This document shows positions 59,949 through 64,000 of a stretch of DNA of 64,000 bases, one piece after another; positions within the stretch are counted from its first letter, which is position 1, and every line of letters starts with the position of its first letter. The notes under the pieces were generated by a model. That model ran no database searches. It was not told the DNA's origin and saw only the letters and a list, made by a program, of their open reading frames with translations. The translations under genes and the position numbers were made by a program. The stretch is from an uncultured Armatimonadetes bacterium (GTDB lineage: Bacteria; Armatimonadota; UBA5829; DTJY01), in the NCBI GenBank assembly GCA_963717145.1, contig OY970325.1, positions 352,001 through 416,000 on the forward strand, read 5' to 3'.

Positions 59949-61106
59949 AGGTCACCACCCTTCCGCCGAGCTCTCCACGTCAGCAGCGTCATCACGAAGT
60001 ATCACGGCGAAGAGGAACCAGGCGATCGCGGACGCGTAGCCCATGTTGAACTTCTCGAACGCCGTCTGGTAGAGGTAGTACTCGACTGTCGTCGTGCTTC
60101 CGGCGGGACCGCCGCCGGTCATCACGTTGGCGGTCATGAACCCGCCCTGGAATCCGCCGATCACGCTCATCACGAGGATGAAGAACGTCGTCGGGCTGAT
60201 CATCGGCCAGGTGACCGCCCAGAACTTCTGCCCACGGCCCCGCGCCGTCGATCTCGGCGGCCTCGTAGTAGGAGCTCGGGACGCCCTGCAGCGCGGCGAG
60301 GTAGAGGATCATGTTGTAGCCGCCGAGCCCGCCCCAGAGGCCCATCAGGATCAGCGACGGTTTCGCCCATTGCACCGTTCCGAGCCAGTCCGGCGGTGTG
60401 CCGAAGAAGACGCTGATGATCGGTACGCCTGCCGCCCGTATACTCCCATGGCCGATGAAGATCGCCGCTCCGGCACAGACCATCAGCCCGCGGAACAGCC
60501 ATTCCGGCCAGGCGAACTTCAGCTTCTCGGAGAGCCAGTGGACGAGCGACAGAACGCAGGCCGACGACCCCGAGCGCGATCACCCCGAAGAAGGCGGCGC
60601 AGAGCACGGTGAATGCGATCGCCAGCGGTTTGCTCGCGTAGATCGATTCGCCCACCATGCGGATCGATCTTGTTGATCAGGCCGATGTCCGCGTTGTAGA
60701 GGTACTTCCACAGGATCAGAAGCGCGACGCCCGAGCAGACCGCCGGCAGGAAGTAGAGCGTTCGGAAGATGACGATCCCCTTGATCTTCTGGTTCATCAT
60801 CAGCGCGGTAATGAGGCTCGCCGGCCATCCCGACCGGTATCCCCGCCATGAGGAAGACGGTGTTGTAGACGTACTGCCAGAAGAACGGATCGTTCGAGGC
60901 CAGTCGGCCTGCCCTCCCGGTGGAACCAGAGCAGGCTGTCGAAGTTCTCCAGTCCGACCCAGGTTGGCGGCTTGAAGATGTTCCAGTGCGTGAACGCCAT
61001 GACGAGCGAGACCACGACCGGGATGACTGGTGAACACCAGGAACCCCAGGAAGTTCGGCAGCAGGAATCCGTATGCGGCGAGCGCCTCGCGCTTCTTATA
61101 TGTCAT
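59941..61106 (-). CDS. Carbohydrate ABC transporter permease (multiple frameshifts)
   Basis: GFLLPN, WVGLENF, FRTLYFLP, YEAAEIDGA, MGYASA. Confidence 0.82.
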
Positions 61107-61147
61107 ACCGTCTCCATAGGTCACATCCGTCCCATCGGTCCCATCGC

Positions 61148-62495
61148 TCAATCCAGGAAATTCGGATTCGCCAGGTTGCGGCGGATGATCGCGTTGATCC
61201 GCCTGGCGATCGCGTCGCACGCCTGATCAGGGCTCTGCTGTCCGAGCCACATCTTGTCGAGCTCGACGCGACATGATCGCTGCCGAATCGAGCGTCGTTG
61301 ATGTACGGCGAGAACTCCTGCACCCGGGCGTACTTCATCTCGTCGAGGTGGAGCTTGTTGTTCTTCTCGTTCGGGTACTCGGGTTGTATGAGAAACGCCT
61401 TCTGTGATCGCGGCATCCTGAAGAGTCGGCATGCCGTCGCCGTAGTTCGCCACCAGGAGTTGATTGTCCATGCTCAGGAGGTGCTTGATGAAGACCAGCG
61501 CCTCGTTCTTGTTGCCGGCAGGTCTTCGGGATCGAGTAGCACTTGCTGGCAAGCAGCGTGACGCGATTCGGGCCGTGCGGGACGCTCGTCACATCCCAGT
61601 CGAGGTCCTTCTGCTCGCGGTATTGGATCGCCAGCCAGCGCCCGGAGATCATCATCGCGACCCTCGACTCGCGGAAGAGGAGCGCGTCGCTGCCCCACGC
61701 GCCGGTCGGGGCCATGCTCTGGGCCTCGCTGGTGGTCGGCATCACGTGGTGCTTCAGCCGGAGGTCTGCCCAGAAGCGAATGCCCTTCTTCGCGGCCTCG
61801 GAGTCGATCACGCAGCGCCTTGCCGTCCGGGCTGTAGAGATGCCCGTCGTGCATCCAGATGAAGAACCACCAGTCGTAGTTGCCGACGTAGAGGCCCTTC
61901 TGCGTCGGGAGCTTCCGCCCGTTCACCGTCCCTGTACTTCGTCAGCTTCTTCGCGACATCGAGGCATTCGTCCCAGGTCCAACCGGGCTTGGGGTAGGGG
62001 ATGCCCGCCTCGCGGAACAGCTTCCTGTTGTAGAAGAGCACGTATGGCCCGCAGTTCTCCGGGACGCCGACGATCTTGTCGCCGTAGTAGATGTACGGCC
62101 TGAGGCCGGGATAGAGCTTGTCCACCGGGAGCTGGTATCTCTCCACGAACGGTCGGAGGTCGAGGAGCACGTCGTTCTTGGCGAAGAGGCGGATGGTCTG
62201 CGGGTCGTAGATCGCCATCACGTCCGGCGGGACATCGCCTGCGAGCTGGGTTAGAAGCCGCTGGGCCTCAGCGCCGGGATCGTTGATGACGTCGGATGTC
62301 GGGGTGCATCGATTCGAAGAGCTTGATCTGTTCCTTGCGTATCGGATTCGGATCGACGCACCAGCGGATGACGGTCTTGCCGGGCACACTCGGGTTCGCG
62401 GTGGCGACCAGATACACACCGATTGCTATGGTGAATGCCGCGCCGAGGATGACGCCGGCGTATGTGAGGAATCTCGAGAGCTTCCCGTCCTCCAT
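61148..62495 (-). CDS. Carbohydrate ABC transporter solute-binding protein (multiple frameshifts)
   Basis: N-terminal anchor; AGDVPPDV, LFYNRKLFREAG, WTWD, AMMISGRW. Confidence 0.82.
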
Positions 62496-62686
62496 GGTAG
62501 CCCCATGATAGCTGATCGGTCGTGATCTATGCAAGGGACTTGGGATCGGGGGTACGCAATGATCTCTGAGCAGGCCAGTCGGCGATCGTCGGCAGGAATC
62601 CGATTGTGTGCCGCCCAACTGAATGACTTGGACGCCTGTGACGATCCGGCTGTTCTGACCGTCAAATCTGTAGAGGGGGCTTACGT

Positions 62687-63061
62687 ATGGCAAGAGAGAT
62701 CAAGATCAACTCCGGAGGTGTCGAGGTGGTCGCCGAACTGAACGACAGCAAGACCGCGGACGCAATCTGGAATGCCCTGCCGATCAAGGCGCAGGGCAGC
62801 ACCTGGGGTGACGAGATCTACTTCGGGATCCCGGTGCATATCGGTTACGAGAACGGACGGGAGATCGTCGATCTGGGCGACATTGCTTACTGGCCGCCGG
62901 GAAACGCCTTCTGCATCTTCTTTGGGCCGACCCCGGCGAGCAGAGGGTCTGAGATTCGCCCTGCCAGCGCGGTGAATGTCGTGGGCCGGATCAAGGGCGA
63001 TCCGACGGTCTTCAAGTCGGTGGACTCGGGGGAAGTCGTGGTCCTGGAGAAGGTCGAGTAG
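62687..63061 (+). CDS. Cyclophilin-like fold protein (DUF369/TM1367-like)
   Basis: WGDEIYF, GDIAYWPPGNAFCIFFGPTP. Confidence 0.88.
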   Translation: MAREIKINSGGVEVVAELNDSKTADAIWNALPIKAQGSTWGDEIYFGIPVHIGYENGREIVDLGDIAYWPPGNAFCIFFGPTPASRGSEIRPASAVNVVGRIKGDPTVFKSVDSGEVVVLEKVE

Positions 63062-63127
63062 CTCGCCCTCCCGCTGCACATGGTGATCTGCTATAATAGT
63101 CCTGCAATCAGGATAAGGAGTTGACAA

Positions 63128-64000
63128 ATGTCTACGGCATTCATGAGAAGATCAGTTGTTGCATCCTCGGTTCTGCTGCTCATGCTGTCCGCATTCCCCA
63201 TTCACAGTGCGGATGAGCCGACCGCCGGCGTGGTCGCCGAATCGAACACCGAACTCAAACAACTCGGCGACGAGGTGGATATGCTGCAACTCGTCACCAA
63301 CCTTGGTCTGAGCAAGGAGCAGGTCACTCAGCTTGCAGCAAAGGTTGCGCAGATCAACGCAAAGCGGAAGGAGTATGCCGCGAAGGAACGGGATGTGCTG
63401 CTTAAGATCAAGTCGCCGCTCGACGAGATGAAGAATGCGCTGATCAACGGGAGGCCCGTGCCGGATGCTGCCAGGATGCAGGCGGATTCCGGCCTGAAGA
63501 GCCTGGAAGCGCTAAGGAAGCTGGGTTGGGCCGACTATGACATTTTCGTATCATCCGCCGCCAAGGTGCTCACCCCCAAGCAGGTCCGAGACATCCGACG
63601 CAGCCCGGAGGCTCGAAAGCGCGCCGGGGAGATGGTACAGGATATCCGGTTCAGCTCGCCCGACAAGTACCCTCAGATCCGCGAGAAGCTGGTCAACGAA
63701 CTGGTCGAGGTCAAGAGGATCGACAAGCAGGAGGAGTGGCTCAGGACTGCCGCGGATAAGCTTGAGGGCCTGACCGGTGAGGCTCGGAACGAGGCCATAA
63801 AGGATCTCCAGAGCATGAAGGATACCGACATAGCTCAGATGAAGGCGGAACTCAGCCAGTTGATCGACAGCATTCAGGCAGCCGATTCGAGGATACTATC
63901 GGTCGGCATTGACAAGCTCGCGTCAGCTCTGAGGTCTGACATGGAGGTCGATGCGGAGATCAAGTCGATGATGTCGCGTATCCTCGACTCCCCAACAGCC
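63128..64000 (+). CDS. Secreted helical hypothetical protein, runs off the window end
   Basis: TGCTATAAT at 63089-63097; AAGGAG RBS; signal peptide MSTAFMRRSVVASSVLLLMLSA. Confidence 0.7.
   Translation, partial: MSTAFMRRSVVASSVLLLMLSAFPIHSADEPTAGVVAESNTELKQLGDEVDMLQLVTNLGLSKEQVTQLAAKVAQINAKRKEYAAKERDVLLKIKSPLDEMKNALINGRPVPDAARMQADSGLKSLEALRKLGWADYDIFVSSAAKVLTPKQVRDIRRSPEARKRAGEMVQDIRFSSPDKYPQIREKLVNELVEVKRIDKQEEWLRTAADKLEGLTGEARNEAIKDLQSMKDTDIAQMKAELSQLIDSIQAADSRILSVGIDKLASALRSDMEVDAEIKSMMSRILDSPTA

Noticed and set aside
1-64000. tRNA or rRNA genes
   Set aside because: None recognised by eye; a tRNAscan/Infernal run would be needed to exclude them

Overview
GC-rich bacterial chromosome segment. 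The gene content (DUF6785-type membrane protein, STN-like secreted proteins) suggests Armatimonadota or a similar lineage, but this is inference only. The backbone is a purine cluster (purB end, purF, purM, PurS-fused purL, purQ) broken up by accessory DNA, followed by smpB, glycosyltransferase/O-antigen ligase genes, araD/araB, a c-type cytochrome pair, redox and hydrolase genes, a GH38 mannosidase, an ECF sigma/anti-sigma pair, corA, glpK and a sugar ABC transporter. The main signal is a defence island between purM and purL: a tightly spaced TIR + caspase + SLOG operon (type IV Thoeris-like core plus an extra SLOG gene) followed by a TPR-NDT/TIR-like fusion. An IS1182 sits between a near-consensus promoter and this operon's RBS. 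Other candidate defence loci are a coupled PD-(D/E)XK nuclease + DHH phosphoesterase pair, an HNH-TPR fusion and a DUF4365-like nuclease. Three toxin-antitoxin modules are present, two of them in an islet bounded by a diverged duplicate of the purQ 3' end. The window holds several REP/MITE-like palindrome families, two copies of which lie in frame inside enzyme genes, and many 7-9 bp tandem repeats, one array of which has been hit by an IS3. Numerous single-base frameshifts may be assembly errors. All family calls come from reading motifs by eye; no searches were run.
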